From Fibrobacteria bacterium (GTDB lineage: Bacteria > Fibrobacterota > Fibrobacteria > UBA11236 > JADFYW01): a stretch of 64,000 nt of DNA. Of the stretch, positions 9,130 to 17,879 are shown piece after piece (the first letter of the stretch is position 1; every line of letters starts with the position of its first letter). The stretch is taken from positions 96,001 to 160,000 of the forward strand of contig JBNKOC010000024.1 in assembly GCA_050294405.1 (NCBI GenBank), in the 5' to 3' direction. The position numbers were made by a program, and so were the translations under genes. The notes under the pieces are model-generated. The model saw only the letters and a list, made by a program, of their open reading frames with translations, was not told the origin of the DNA and did not search any database.

Positions 9130-11820
9130 TTAAAATTCTGCTGTGATGCCAAATGAGGGAAGAAATATCGCGCCAACGGATTCCCGTTTGGAGCCATCAT
9201 AGTTGTAATCGTAAAATTCCGGACTGTTGTAAAAGAAATAATTCACATTGCGAAAATCCAGATAAGTGGACAACATCCAACTATTGAATACAAATTTTTT
9301 ATCCACTCTTAGGTCCAATTGTAGAAAGGGACCCATTCTGTCTGAATAAGCATCTCCTAAATTGTTTACATAGTCCAAATATTCTGAATTGTATTCAAAT
9401 TCATTGTCCGTGTAAGATTTTCTGGGCGTGGTTGGATTGCCAGTCACATATCGGAAGCGAAAGCCTGTTTCCCACTGGCGAGGTAAGCGCCAGCTACCCA
9501 AAACCTGAAGGTTGTGGGTTTGGTCAAATTGGCTCACAACCCATTTATCAGGGTCCCAGGTTGAAGTAGCCCTGGCCAACTCTACAGTAAATGGGCCACC
9601 AGTGCGTCTTTCGGAACGAGAAAGGGAGTAACTTATCCAGCCAAAAAAACGGGAACCCTGATCGTGGCGAAGCATCATTTCCATTCCATACATTCTGCCT
9701 TCCATATCGGGGATAAAATTTACAGACTCGCCTGATACAGGATTAATGCTGTCTGTATAATTTGGAATATCGTATTGGTAATTGTAATATCCTTGCAAGT
9801 CCAGCGATACCAAATCGCTAATTTGCCATTCATGCCCTCCTACATAATGGTATGCCTTGGTCGCAGGCAAATCCGGATTGCCCCAGGCTTCGTCTGTTGC
9901 CTGGCCCCAGGGTTTGGGAGCTTGGGAATAGGATCCTGCACTGCCTTTTAAGGTTAACCCTTTTGTATATTGCCATCTGGATGTTAAACGGTAGCTAGGC
10001 TGACCTTCTTCAATATCGGCAAAATAATCATATCGAATACCAGGCATAATCAAAATGTTATTGCCCAACTTCCACTCGGCATTTAAATAGGCTCCCGAAG
10101 CGGAGAAATATTGCACATCTTTGTTATCTCTAAATCCCTTTCCACCTAAAATGTTAAGGGAGTAATCAATGCTTTCGAAATCCACATCTAAACCTGGTTT
10201 TAGCATCAAACTTTTAGCAGGACTGTATTGAAGCTCATCTCGCAAATACACTCCCATTTGATTGAATTCGATTTTTTGGAAGCCAAAAGCGCTGGCAAGG
10301 GCATAAGACTTGGTTAAGCTTAATCTCAATTCATTTCTCAATTTGGGAGAAACTGTTTTATCCCAACCCAATAAAGCCATTTGATACCATTCATCAGCAA
10401 GAGCCGCAGAAGTATTTTCCTCAACCTCCTGGCTTCCTCCCCGAATCTCAGAAGAGTATAACTCCAGTTTATCTTTGGAAGCGCTGTAGGTTAAAAAGGC
10501 TTTGTCCTGGTTTTTTAATTTCCAATCAAGTCTGGCATAAGCGTCTGCGTAAACCGGTATTACAGTCATGGGAGTGTTTTCTGTAGCCGATTCAATAAAT
10601 TTACCAATGTAACTGTATCTGCCTGCAGCTTGTAAAGATAAATTTTCACTTACAGGCCCCTCCATTAAGGCAGCTGCATCCATCAAATTTATATCAACTT
10701 TTCCATGCCATCGATCGCTTTTGGCGCTACGCCCTTTAACTTCCACAACTCCGCCAACAGCCCCTCCATATCGGCTGCTGAACCCGCCAGGATACATATC
10801 TATAGAAGAAAGCAAATCAGAAGAGTACACAGAGCGCAATCCTCCAAAGTGAAACAAATGAGGTACCCTAACCCCATCCAGATAAAAACGGGTGTCTTCA
10901 GAACCGGATCCCCTTATAATAACATCGCCACTAATAAAAGAGGGACGGGCTACTCCTGGAAGGGCCCTTACAACTTTAATGGCATCTCCGCCAAATCCAG
11001 GTACTCTTTTTATTTCGGATACAGAAAGGGTCTTTTTGGCCACTTCCACTTTTTCAGCCTTGCCATATACCACAATTTCATATTCGTCATAACTCTCTCT
11101 GGCAATGCGGTACTCCACTTCAATTTGCTTGCCGTTTTCCAAAAGCTCGGTAAATGAGGCAGGGCGGTATCCGGTTGCGGGAATAGAGACCTTGATGGAA
11201 CAGGCTGGCAAAGATTTAAAAGAAAATTTTCCTTCCCCATCTGTGGTTGTTACAATTCTACCCTCTTCCATAAATTGACCTTCGAAGCTGGCGACTTTGT
11301 TTAGATACAAATCGAGGGGTAACTTAATAGAGGGGTCCTTTTCAGGGTTCAATAATGTAACCACAACCATAGTTTCTTTTACCGGAGACCGAGTGCCTTT
11401 TTCTTTTACGATTCCTGTGAAGTTAACATATTCAGGAATAGTCTCCACCAAACTTGCCAAAGAAAAACGATATTCGTATTCCAGAGCCACCGCTATCGGC
11501 TCTCCCCCTGCAATGGCTGGATTGAAGCGGGAGTTTTGCAAAGCCCAAACGGCGGCACTGTCCAATTGAGGATGTATACCTTCCAACACTTTAATGGAGT
11601 CCACCGAACCGGAGTCGCTTATTACAATTTCAAGTCTCACAACACCTTCGGCTCCATCTTCAATCGCTTTTGTTGGGTAGGCCGCCTCCTTAAAAGTTTT
11701 TACACTGGGCATTGTCTCGATGGGTGCTGGTTCTTCCACAGGAATTTCAATTTCCACTTCGCTGTCCTGACCCAATCCCCATGTTATGAGGAACCCCAAT
11801 GTTAATAATAGTTTTTTCAT
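9130..11820 (-). CDS. TonB-dependent receptor with fused N-terminal TonB_C and carboxypeptidase-regulatory-like domains
   Basis: Signal peptide; YPTKAIEDGAEGVVRLEIVISDSG...FNPA (TonB_C); GIVKEKGTRSPV; plug RVPGFGGDAIKVVRALPGV and YPGGFSSRYG; barrel ending ITAEF. Confidence 0.9.
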   Translation of the reverse strand: MKKLLLTLGFLITWGLGQDSEVEIEIPVEEPAPIETMPSVKTFKEAAYPTKAIEDGAEGVVRLEIVISDSGSVDSIKVLEGIHPQLDSAAVWALQNSRFNPAIAGGEPIAVALEYEYRFSLASLVETIPEYVNFTGIVKEKGTRSPVKETMVVVTLLNPEKDPSIKLPLDLYLNKVASFEGQFMEEGRIVTTTDGEGKFSFKSLPACSIKVSIPATGYRPASFTELLENGKQIEVEYRIARESYDEYEIVVYGKAEKVEVAKKTLSVSEIKRVPGFGGDAIKVVRALPGVARPSFISGDVIIRGSGSEDTRFYLDGVRVPHLFHFGGLRSVYSSDLLSSIDMYPGGFSSRYGGAVGGVVEVKGRSAKSDRWHGKVDINLMDAAALMEGPVSENLSLQAAGRYSYIGKFIESATENTPMTVIPVYADAYARLDWKLKNQDKAFLTYSASKDKLELYSSEIRGGSQEVEENTSAALADEWYQMALLGWDKTVSPKLRNELRLSLTKSYALASAFGFQKIEFNQMGVYLRDELQYSPAKSLMLKPGLDVDFESIDYSLNILGGKGFRDNKDVQYFSASGAYLNAEWKLGNNILIMPGIRYDYFADIEEGQPSYRLTSRWQYTKGLTLKGSAGSYSQAPKPWGQATDEAWGNPDLPATKAYHYVGGHEWQISDLVSLDLQGYYNYQYDIPNYTDSINPVSGESVNFIPDMEGRMYGMEMMLRHDQGSRFFGWISYSLSRSERRTGGPFTVELARATSTWDPDKWVVSQFDQTHNLQVLGSWRLPRQWETGFRFRYVTGNPTTPRKSYTDNEFEYNSEYLDYVNNLGDAYSDRMGPFLQLDLRVDKKFVFNSWMLSTYLDFRNVNYFFYNSPEFYDYNYDGSKRESVGAIFLPSFGITAEF

Positions 11821-11828
11821 GTTTTCTC

Positions 11829-12611
11829 CTATGCCTGGAATTCAAATCTAAAGGTAAGGGGAATCCAAACGGCCACTGGAGCGTCGTCTAATATTCCCGG
11901 TTCAAATTTCATTTTTTTAATGGCTTCAATGCTTGATTGACGGGTTCCAAAACCAAGATCTGCCAATATCACAATTTTTTTAGGACAACCATCTACATCC
12001 ACTAAAACTCTTGCTTTTACTTTTCCAATAACCTGATTTTTTTTCATTTCATCTGTATACTCAGGTTTTGCCGCAACTTTAATTTTGGGCATTTTGGAAA
12101 TTCGCGTTACCGATACGACCTTGCCCTTAATATCTTCTTCAGAAGCCTTCAATGTATCTGGGGGAACATCCAGAGAATTACCTAATTTTCCCACCAGGGC
12201 ATCACTACCGCCTTCACCATTTCCAAGACCTTTGGAATACAGTTTGCGAACGCCATAAACTTTTCGAGGTTTTTTTTCCGCGACCTTTTGGGGCTCCTTG
12301 GCGGCTTCTTCTAAGGCCGGTTTTTCAATGGGCTTAACAGGTTTAGGTTTTGGTTTTTCTTTTTTTGGTTCTGGCGCTTTAGCTTTTGGCTCTTCTTTTA
12401 CGAAAAAGCTTACATCCATTTTCTTAAGGAATAAAGCCTGTTCCAATTTCGACGTATCTACCTGGGAAAGAAACAAACCCATTCCGGTAAAAACTCCCAG
12501 AGAGGCCAAGGTCAACACCCGATAAAGACTTCCACCTCTGGAGGTTTTATTTTTCCCAAGGGAGTATTCTTCCAGGTAAAAAGATTTCCTATCTGTTTTT
12601 TCTATTTTCAT
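11829..12611 (-). CDS. tonB: energy transducer TonB
   Basis: Single TM, Pro/Lys/Glu-rich linker, C-terminal PEYT...GKVKARVLVDVDG...FEPG domain. Confidence 0.85.
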   Translation of the reverse strand: MKIEKTDRKSFYLEEYSLGKNKTSRGGSLYRVLTLASLGVFTGMGLFLSQVDTSKLEQALFLKKMDVSFFVKEEPKAKAPEPKKEKPKPKPVKPIEKPALEEAAKEPQKVAEKKPRKVYGVRKLYSKGLGNGEGGSDALVGKLGNSLDVPPDTLKASEEDIKGKVVSVTRISKMPKIKVAAKPEYTDEMKKNQVIGKVKARVLVDVDGCPKKIVILADLGFGTRQSSIEAIKKMKFEPGILDDAPVAVWIPLTFRFEFQA

Positions 12612-12613
12612 GG

Positions 12614-13099
12614 TTATGCCCTTTGCACTACTAATAGTGAAAAATCTTTGAGACGGGCCCTTCCCGCCGTATACATCACTTTTTTAAGAATTTTGAAGTC
12701 AGTGCTTTTATCACATTGAATCAAAATTTTCCCGCTTCTTTTCATTTCGGGAATTTTTTCCAAACTTTTTTCCAGCTCATTAAATACTGGCATTAACATC
12801 ATGGAATCCTGATCTGCCACTTCTGACTTGGACATTATCTGGATACCCCCTACCCTCACACCCTCGGTAGTTATTTCCAGGTTTAAAACCTCTTCGGGAG
12901 ATTCTTTGCTCATGGATTCAGCGAGGCTCAAATCTTTAGGAACGGATATCAATGCCCCATCAGTGGAAAAGCTTTTTAAAAGGAATACCAAAAGGATAGT
13001 CATAACATCAATCAAAGAGGTCAGTTGGGGTTTAATAACAGCCCCATCGTATTTCCGGTTTCCGCCTAAAATGGATTTTTGGCTGTTGATTTTTTTCAT
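12614..13099 (-). CDS. exbD: ExbD/TolR family protein (AglS-like), TM Asp retained
   Basis: QLTSLIDVMTILLVFLLKSFS; ILIQCDKSTDF...KKVMYTA. Confidence 0.88.
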   Translation of the reverse strand: MKKINSQKSILGGNRKYDGAVIKPQLTSLIDVMTILLVFLLKSFSTDGALISVPKDLSLAESMSKESPEEVLNLEITTEGVRVGGIQIMSKSEVADQDSMMLMPVFNELEKSLEKIPEMKRSGKILIQCDKSTDFKILKKVMYTAGRARLKDFSLLVVQRA

Positions 13100-13602
13100 G
13101 AGGACACTCTCCCATTTTCTTTGGTCACTGTTGTTTTGCCGGGGCCTTCTGCAAGGGCCACTTTTTCAAAGCCTGTTTTTTTACAGCTGTCCATAACTTC
13201 AACAACGGACTCAAATTGAATGCCGTCATTTACCGCAACCACCACTTCATTTTGCTTAGCCAATTGGGGGCGAACTTCGGCCAGCGCTTTTTCCAAATCC
13301 TTTAAATATTTGTCTTCCTGCTCTCGTGAAATAGTGCTCAGCAGAGAATCTCCCAAAGTCAATTCAAATTGTTTTTCCATAAGAACTACTGTGAGTTTTA
13401 AATCCTTCCTGGAGGGGCCCCCTCCATCTACCCCGGCGTTGGGAGGCAGGGAAAATTCCAACACAGAGTAGTGGGTAAATACGGCCATGCTAACCAGAAA
13501 GGGAATGAGGATTACAAACATGTTCATTACTGGGGTCACATCCAAATCTACAGGTTCCGCATGTTGGCTTGGTTTTTTGGCATTTGCGAATAGGCTTTTC
13601 AT
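13096..13602 (-). CDS. exbD: ExbD/TolR family protein, TM Asp replaced by Asn
   Basis: LDVTPVMNMFVILIPFLV; periplasmic VVEVMD; ATGA-coupled on both sides. Confidence 0.85.
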   Translation of the reverse strand: MKSLFANAKKPSQHAEPVDLDVTPVMNMFVILIPFLVSMAVFTHYSVLEFSLPPNAGVDGGGPSRKDLKLTVVLMEKQFELTLGDSLLSTISREQEDKYLKDLEKALAEVRPQLAKQNEVVVAVNDGIQFESVVEVMDSCKKTGFEKVALAEGPGKTTVTKENGRVSS

Positions 13603-14231
13603 GATCTGCTCTTTTCCATGTAGTTGAGAAGTTTTACAGTCGCTTCATCAGTGTCTTCAGAAAGGCCTGATTGAATGTTATTTAAGCTGGTGAAAGCTAT
13701 CATGCAGGGAATGGCGACCAATAGCCCCATTGCTGTGGTATTCATAGCTTGAGCAATACCATTGGCCAAGGCTGTGGCTTTTTCCGCGCCCTCTGCCAAC
13801 TGCAGGGATTGGAAAGAAAGTTGCAGTCCGAAAATGGTTCCTAATAATCCTGTTAGTGTGGCGATGTTTGCAAACATGCCCAGGTTACTTAAACGTGTTC
13901 CGTAGCGGGGAATTTCTTTTATGGCAGCTTCTTCCACACCTTGTTGTATATCTTCGTAAGGAAGTCCTTTTTCGTAACGTTGCAAAGCTACCTTTAATAT
14001 GCGATGTAAAGGGGAACGACCCTTGGCTACCGTTTTAATGGCTTCATCTGTTTTTTCCTCGGATAGAGAAGCCACTATTTTCCCAATCAATTGCCGCGAG
14101 TTACCCCGGCATACGGCAAAGTAAAATAGCGCCCGCTCAAGGATAACCGATAGGGCAAGTGCGCCCAAGGCCAGAATGACCCACATAAAGGCCCCGCCCT
14201 CATTAAAAAATTTTGCGGCTGTCTCAATCAT
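13599..14231 (-). CDS. exbB: MotA/TolQ/ExbB proton channel protein (AglR-like)
   Basis: ANIATLTGLLGTIFGL and GIAQAMNTTAMGLLVAIP motifs. Confidence 0.92.
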   Translation of the reverse strand: MIETAAKFFNEGGAFMWVILALGALALSVILERALFYFAVCRGNSRQLIGKIVASLSEEKTDEAIKTVAKGRSPLHRILKVALQRYEKGLPYEDIQQGVEEAAIKEIPRYGTRLSNLGMFANIATLTGLLGTIFGLQLSFQSLQLAEGAEKATALANGIAQAMNTTAMGLLVAIPCMIAFTSLNNIQSGLSEDTDEATVKLLNYMEKSRS

Positions 14232-14262
14232 TGTTTTTCTCCTGTTTTAAGTGATTTATTGT

Positions 14263-14676
14263 TTAAACACGCCAATGCGCTGAAAGTGTTACTTTTTTAA
14301 TTTCCTTGATTTTTTTGCGAAATTCGTCCTTTGAAAAGGGTTTGGACAGCCAATAAATGCTTTTGCCCTCCCAATTTTTTACCTCATTTCCCATTATGGG
14401 AAACCCAGCAAGAATCAGCACGGGCAAATGTGGATGCCTTTCCCCCAAAACATTAAGAATCGAAACCCAATCCAAATTGAGCTGCGGTATTCCCAAAATA
14501 AGCAGGTCTAACTGGCTAGTCGCTTTTCCACCCCTTAGCATGGAAACATCTACCCATTGAGGATGGCATCCAAAGCTGCGTAGCAATAGCTCCAGAGAAT
14601 GGCCTAGATGGACGTCTTCTTCATAGATGCCCACTATGCTTTTGCAAAAACTTAAGGATGTTATTGATGTGTTCAT
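14263..14676 (-). CDS. single-domain aspartate-less (pseudo)receiver protein
   Basis: REC-fold motifs GIYEED, LDLLILG (G where D is expected), LPVLILAG, LSKPFS; start moved to ATG 14676 because the longer ORF contains the sigma54 promoter. Confidence 0.7.
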   Translation of the reverse strand: MNTSITSLSFCKSIVGIYEEDVHLGHSLELLLRSFGCHPQWVDVSMLRGGKATSQLDLLILGIPQLNLDWVSILNVLGERHPHLPVLILAGFPIMGNEVKNWEGKSIYWLSKPFSKDEFRKKIKEIKKVTLSAHWRV

Positions 14677-14688
14677 GCCTGCTATTAA

Positions 14689-14705
14689 TGCAAGGCCAAT
14701 GCCAG
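14689..14705 (-). promoter_or_regulatory. sigma54 -24/-12 promoter
   Basis: Minus strand CTGGCATTGGCCTTGCA, exact GG-N10-GC with TGGCA and TTGCA flanks. Confidence 0.8.
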
Positions 14706-14732
14706 TTTTTAAAAGGACAAATGTCAACCTCG

Positions 14733-14745
14733 TAACTTATTTATT
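14733..14745 (-). promoter_or_regulatory. IHF-like site
   Basis: AATAAATAAGTTA, one mismatch to WATCAANNNNTTR, between the promoter and the palindromes. Confidence 0.45.
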
Positions 14746-14793
14746 GACAGTGTTTTACGAGAATGAAGGCGATTTTAGCGACCAATTGATACC

Positions 14794-14813
14794 CCTGTGA
14801 AAAAATTCACAGG
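14794..14813. promoter_or_regulatory. palindromic enhancer site 1, CCTGTGAA-AAAA-TTCACAGG
   Basis: Perfect 8-4-8 palindrome fitting TGT-N10-ACA, about 115-135 bp upstream of the predicted start. Confidence 0.7.
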
Positions 14814-14878
14814 CTGGGTGGGAACTTAGTGTATGCCCCTGATTTATATGAGCTTAGCAGCTGAGCCAATTTTCCCTG

Positions 14879-14896
14879 TGTGAAAAAATTCACAGG
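14879..14896. promoter_or_regulatory. palindromic enhancer site 2, TGTGAAAAAATTCACAGG
   Basis: 18 bp identical to site 1, offset by 83 bp. Confidence 0.65.
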
Positions 14897-14900
14897 GACA

Positions 14901-16022
14901 TTATTGTGTTTTTTTATAATTCAACACGGCCCAGCCATTAAAAAACAAAGCAAAGCCCAGCATTACCAAATAGTGGACTTTAATTTGCACAAAACTGCTG
15001 CCTTTTAAAACTACCATTCGCATGACCTCAATAAAGTAAGTCACCGGGTTTAAGTGGGCAATAATTCTCGCCCACTGAGGCATGCTGTCAATGGATGTAA
15101 AAAGACCGCTCATGAGAATAAAAATCATCATTGCAAAAAAGGCAAGGGACATGGCTTGTTGCTGTGTTTCCGAATAGGTAGATATAAGCAGCCCAACCCC
15201 TAATACGGCCACCAAGTAAATAGCTAAATAACTATATAGAAGAACTAAACTCCCCTGTGGAATAATGCCATATATGACTCGCGCCACCACAAAAAGCCCA
15301 ATAGAATAAACAACCATGCCAATAACCCAAAAGGGAATTAATTTGCCTAAAATAAAATGAATTTTTTTTATGGGCGTTACGTTTATTTGTTCAATGGTGC
15401 CCATTTCTTTTTCTTTAACAATGTTAAGGGAACATAAATAAACACCCACCATAGTGACCAGCGTAACTAAAATTCCCGGCACCATAAAAAACTGATAATT
15501 CAAAAAAGGGTTAAAACGGTTGGTGGAGGTGATTTCCACCTGAGGGATTTGTTTTGAAACTAAGGAGGGCATTAATTCTTCCCTAATTTCGACATTAAAC
15601 CGGGCTAATATATTGTTTAAATACACTCCCCCTAAGTTAGCCTTAACCCCATTTATGGCATTAACAGCGATAAATACTTTTTCCATTTTTTCTCGGTATA
15701 GATTGGCTTCAAAACCCCTGGGAATTTCCAATATCAAGTCCGATTCGTCCCTTTCAATTCCCTCAAAAGCAACATTATAAGATTCTCCGTAATCCGATAA
15801 TCTAAAATATCCAGAGGAGGAAATTTTATTAACCAGCCTCTGGGAATAGGCGGAATGGTCGTGATCCACAATAGCTATATTAATATTTTTCACTTCGTAA
15901 TCCGCGGCCAAGGGCATTATGATTAACTGAACCACAGGCATAACAAATATCATAGGCAACAAGGCCTTGTTCCTGAAAATTTGCCGGAACTCTTTTTGCA
16001 GTAAAAAAATAAGGGTACTCAT
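14901..16022 (-). CDS. ABC-2 type exporter permease (YbhR-like)
   Basis: KEFRQIFRN; FMVPGIL; IVKEKEMGTIEQINVTP. Confidence 0.92.
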   Translation of the reverse strand: MSTLIFLLQKEFRQIFRNKALLPMIFVMPVVQLIIMPLAADYEVKNINIAIVDHDHSAYSQRLVNKISSSGYFRLSDYGESYNVAFEGIERDESDLILEIPRGFEANLYREKMEKVFIAVNAINGVKANLGGVYLNNILARFNVEIREELMPSLVSKQIPQVEITSTNRFNPFLNYQFFMVPGILVTLVTMVGVYLCSLNIVKEKEMGTIEQINVTPIKKIHFILGKLIPFWVIGMVVYSIGLFVVARVIYGIIPQGSLVLLYSYLAIYLVAVLGVGLLISTYSETQQQAMSLAFFAMMIFILMSGLFTSIDSMPQWARIIAHLNPVTYFIEVMRMVVLKGSSFVQIKVHYLVMLGFALFFNGWAVLNYKKTQ

Positions 16023-17125
16023 GATAACCGTATTTTAAATTTTTTAAAACTCAGAAGTAACAAAAACAAAGTCATCCCCAGCAGAATTAATATTTCTTTC
16101 CAGATAGCGCTAATTCCCAAACCTTTTATCATTATGGACTTAACAATAATGTAATACCATTTTGAAGGCACAATGTTAGATACAATTTGCAGAAACTTCG
16201 GCATATTTTCCAGTGGAAACATAAAACCAGTTAAGAGCAATGTGGGTATTAACATTCCCATTAAAGAAACCAACATTGCTGTTTGTTGAGAGCTGGTAAT
16301 ATTTGAAATCAAAAGGCCAAGTGAAAGACAAGTAATTATAAGCAGTCCGCTGGTGCAAAAAAGCAGAAACAAACTCCCGTTAATGGGCATATCCAAAAGA
16401 GTCACACTTAAAATGAGTATCACGCTTAAATTCAGGATGGACAGAAAAAAATAAGGAACGGCCTTAGCAATAATTACCATAAATGGGTTAAAGGGCGATA
16501 CCAGCAACAACTCCATAGTTCCCGTTTCTTTTTCCCGCACAATGGATACGGAAGTCATCAAAACACAAACTAACATCAACACTAGAGCCATAACACCCGG
16601 AACAAAATTAGGAGCCCCTTTTAACTCGGGGTTATATAACATTCTAATTTCAGGGACAATGCTATAGGGAGGCATTCCATTGGGATTGGCTTGCATTTGC
16701 TGCTGTTGCAATATGTTTCGGACATAATTTACAAGCGTAGTTGCCGTATTGGGATCTGATGCATCGGCAATTAACTGTATTTGGGATCTTTTTCCGTGTA
16801 AATAATTAGTCTCGAAATTTCTTGGGAATACAATTCCCAATTTGGTTTTTCCATTTTTAAGAGCGGTTTCCAATTCACCTTCATTGGCCACAATTTTATC
16901 CAACTGAAAGGAAGGGCTTGCCTTGATTTTTTCAATTAATATTCTACTGGCTCCATCCATAGCGTAATCTAAAATGACCACTTTAGAATTTTTAATTTCA
17001 TTGGTGAGGGCAAAGCCAAATAAAGTAATTTGAGCAATGGGCAATCCAAACAACATCAAAAAAGATTTGGGGTCCCTAAAAACATGATAAAATTCTTTGC
17101 GGACAAAGGCCATAAATTGCTTCAT
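16019..17125 (-). CDS. ABC-2 type exporter permease (YbhS-like)
   Basis: KEFYHVFRD; NFVPGVM; SIVREKETGTMELL; start set at MKQF (17125). Confidence 0.92.
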   Translation of the reverse strand: MKQFMAFVRKEFYHVFRDPKSFLMLFGLPIAQITLFGFALTNEIKNSKVVILDYAMDGASRILIEKIKASPSFQLDKIVANEGELETALKNGKTKLGIVFPRNFETNYLHGKRSQIQLIADASDPNTATTLVNYVRNILQQQQMQANPNGMPPYSIVPEIRMLYNPELKGAPNFVPGVMALVLMLVCVLMTSVSIVREKETGTMELLLVSPFNPFMVIIAKAVPYFFLSILNLSVILILSVTLLDMPINGSLFLLFCTSGLLIITCLSLGLLISNITSSQQTAMLVSLMGMLIPTLLLTGFMFPLENMPKFLQIVSNIVPSKWYYIIVKSIMIKGLGISAIWKEILILLGMTLFLLLLSFKKFKIRLS

Positions 17126-17126
17126 A

Positions 17127-17879
17127 TCAGTCCGCCTTCCGCCTCGCTCTTTGGGCCAATTTAAAGAAAACCTGATCCATCGAGCCAACACCGTGAGTTT
17201 TTTTCAAATTAGCAGGCGTATCCAATGCCACTAAATTGCCATCCACCATCATGGATATTCGATGGCAATACTCGGCCTCATCCATGTAATGGGTGGTAAC
17301 AAATACCGTAATTTTCCTGTCTGCAGCTTCGTATATCATATCCCAAAACTGCCTTCGCGTCACAGGGTCTACCCCACCTGTGGGCTCATCCAAAAATACA
17401 ATTTTGGGATTGTGCATAATGGCCACAGAAAAAGCCAGTTTCTGTTTCCAGCCTAAAGGCAGTGAGCCTACCAGGCGCCCTGCTTCGGATTGCAATCCCA
17501 AATTTGATAATAGTTCCTGGCTTTTCTTTTTAATTTGGGAAAAGCCCAGGCCATATATACCACCGAAAAAACGGATATTTTCATAAACTGTCAGGTCTTC
17601 GTATAAAGAAAATTTTTGACTCATATATCCGATATGTTTTTTGATTTTTTCTGTTTGTTTATATATGTCGAATCCGGCAATGTTCGCCTCTCCTGAAGAA
17701 GGGGTGGAAAGCCCACATAACATCCTCATAGCTGTGGTTTTTCCAGCTCCATTGGCTCCAAGGAATCCAAAAATTTCTCCGGCTTTTACCTCAAAGCTAA
17801 TGGCATTGGCAGCCACAAAATCGCCGAACCTTTTGGTGAGTTTATTTGCTTTAATAACTATGTTATCCATTTGGCTCAT
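17127..17879 (-). CDS. ABC transporter ATP-binding protein
   Basis: GANGAGKTT; LPLGWKQ variant signature; FLDEPT. Confidence 0.95.
   Translation of the reverse strand: MSQMDNIVIKANKLTKRFGDFVAANAISFEVKAGEIFGFLGANGAGKTTAMRMLCGLSTPSSGEANIAGFDIYKQTEKIKKHIGYMSQKFSLYEDLTVYENIRFFGGIYGLGFSQIKKKSQELLSNLGLQSEAGRLVGSLPLGWKQKLAFSVAIMHNPKIVFLDEPTGGVDPVTRRQFWDMIYEAADRKITVFVTTHYMDEAEYCHRISMMVDGNLVALDTPANLKKTHGVGSMDQVFFKLAQRARRKAD

Noticed and set aside
12614..14231. Calling this a gliding-motility locus
   Set aside because: No glt/agm-type partners in the window; context is a TonB receptor
14794..14896. Repeated 18-mer as a CRISPR repeat or IS ends
   Set aside because: Only two copies, no cas or transposase; position fits transcription-factor sites
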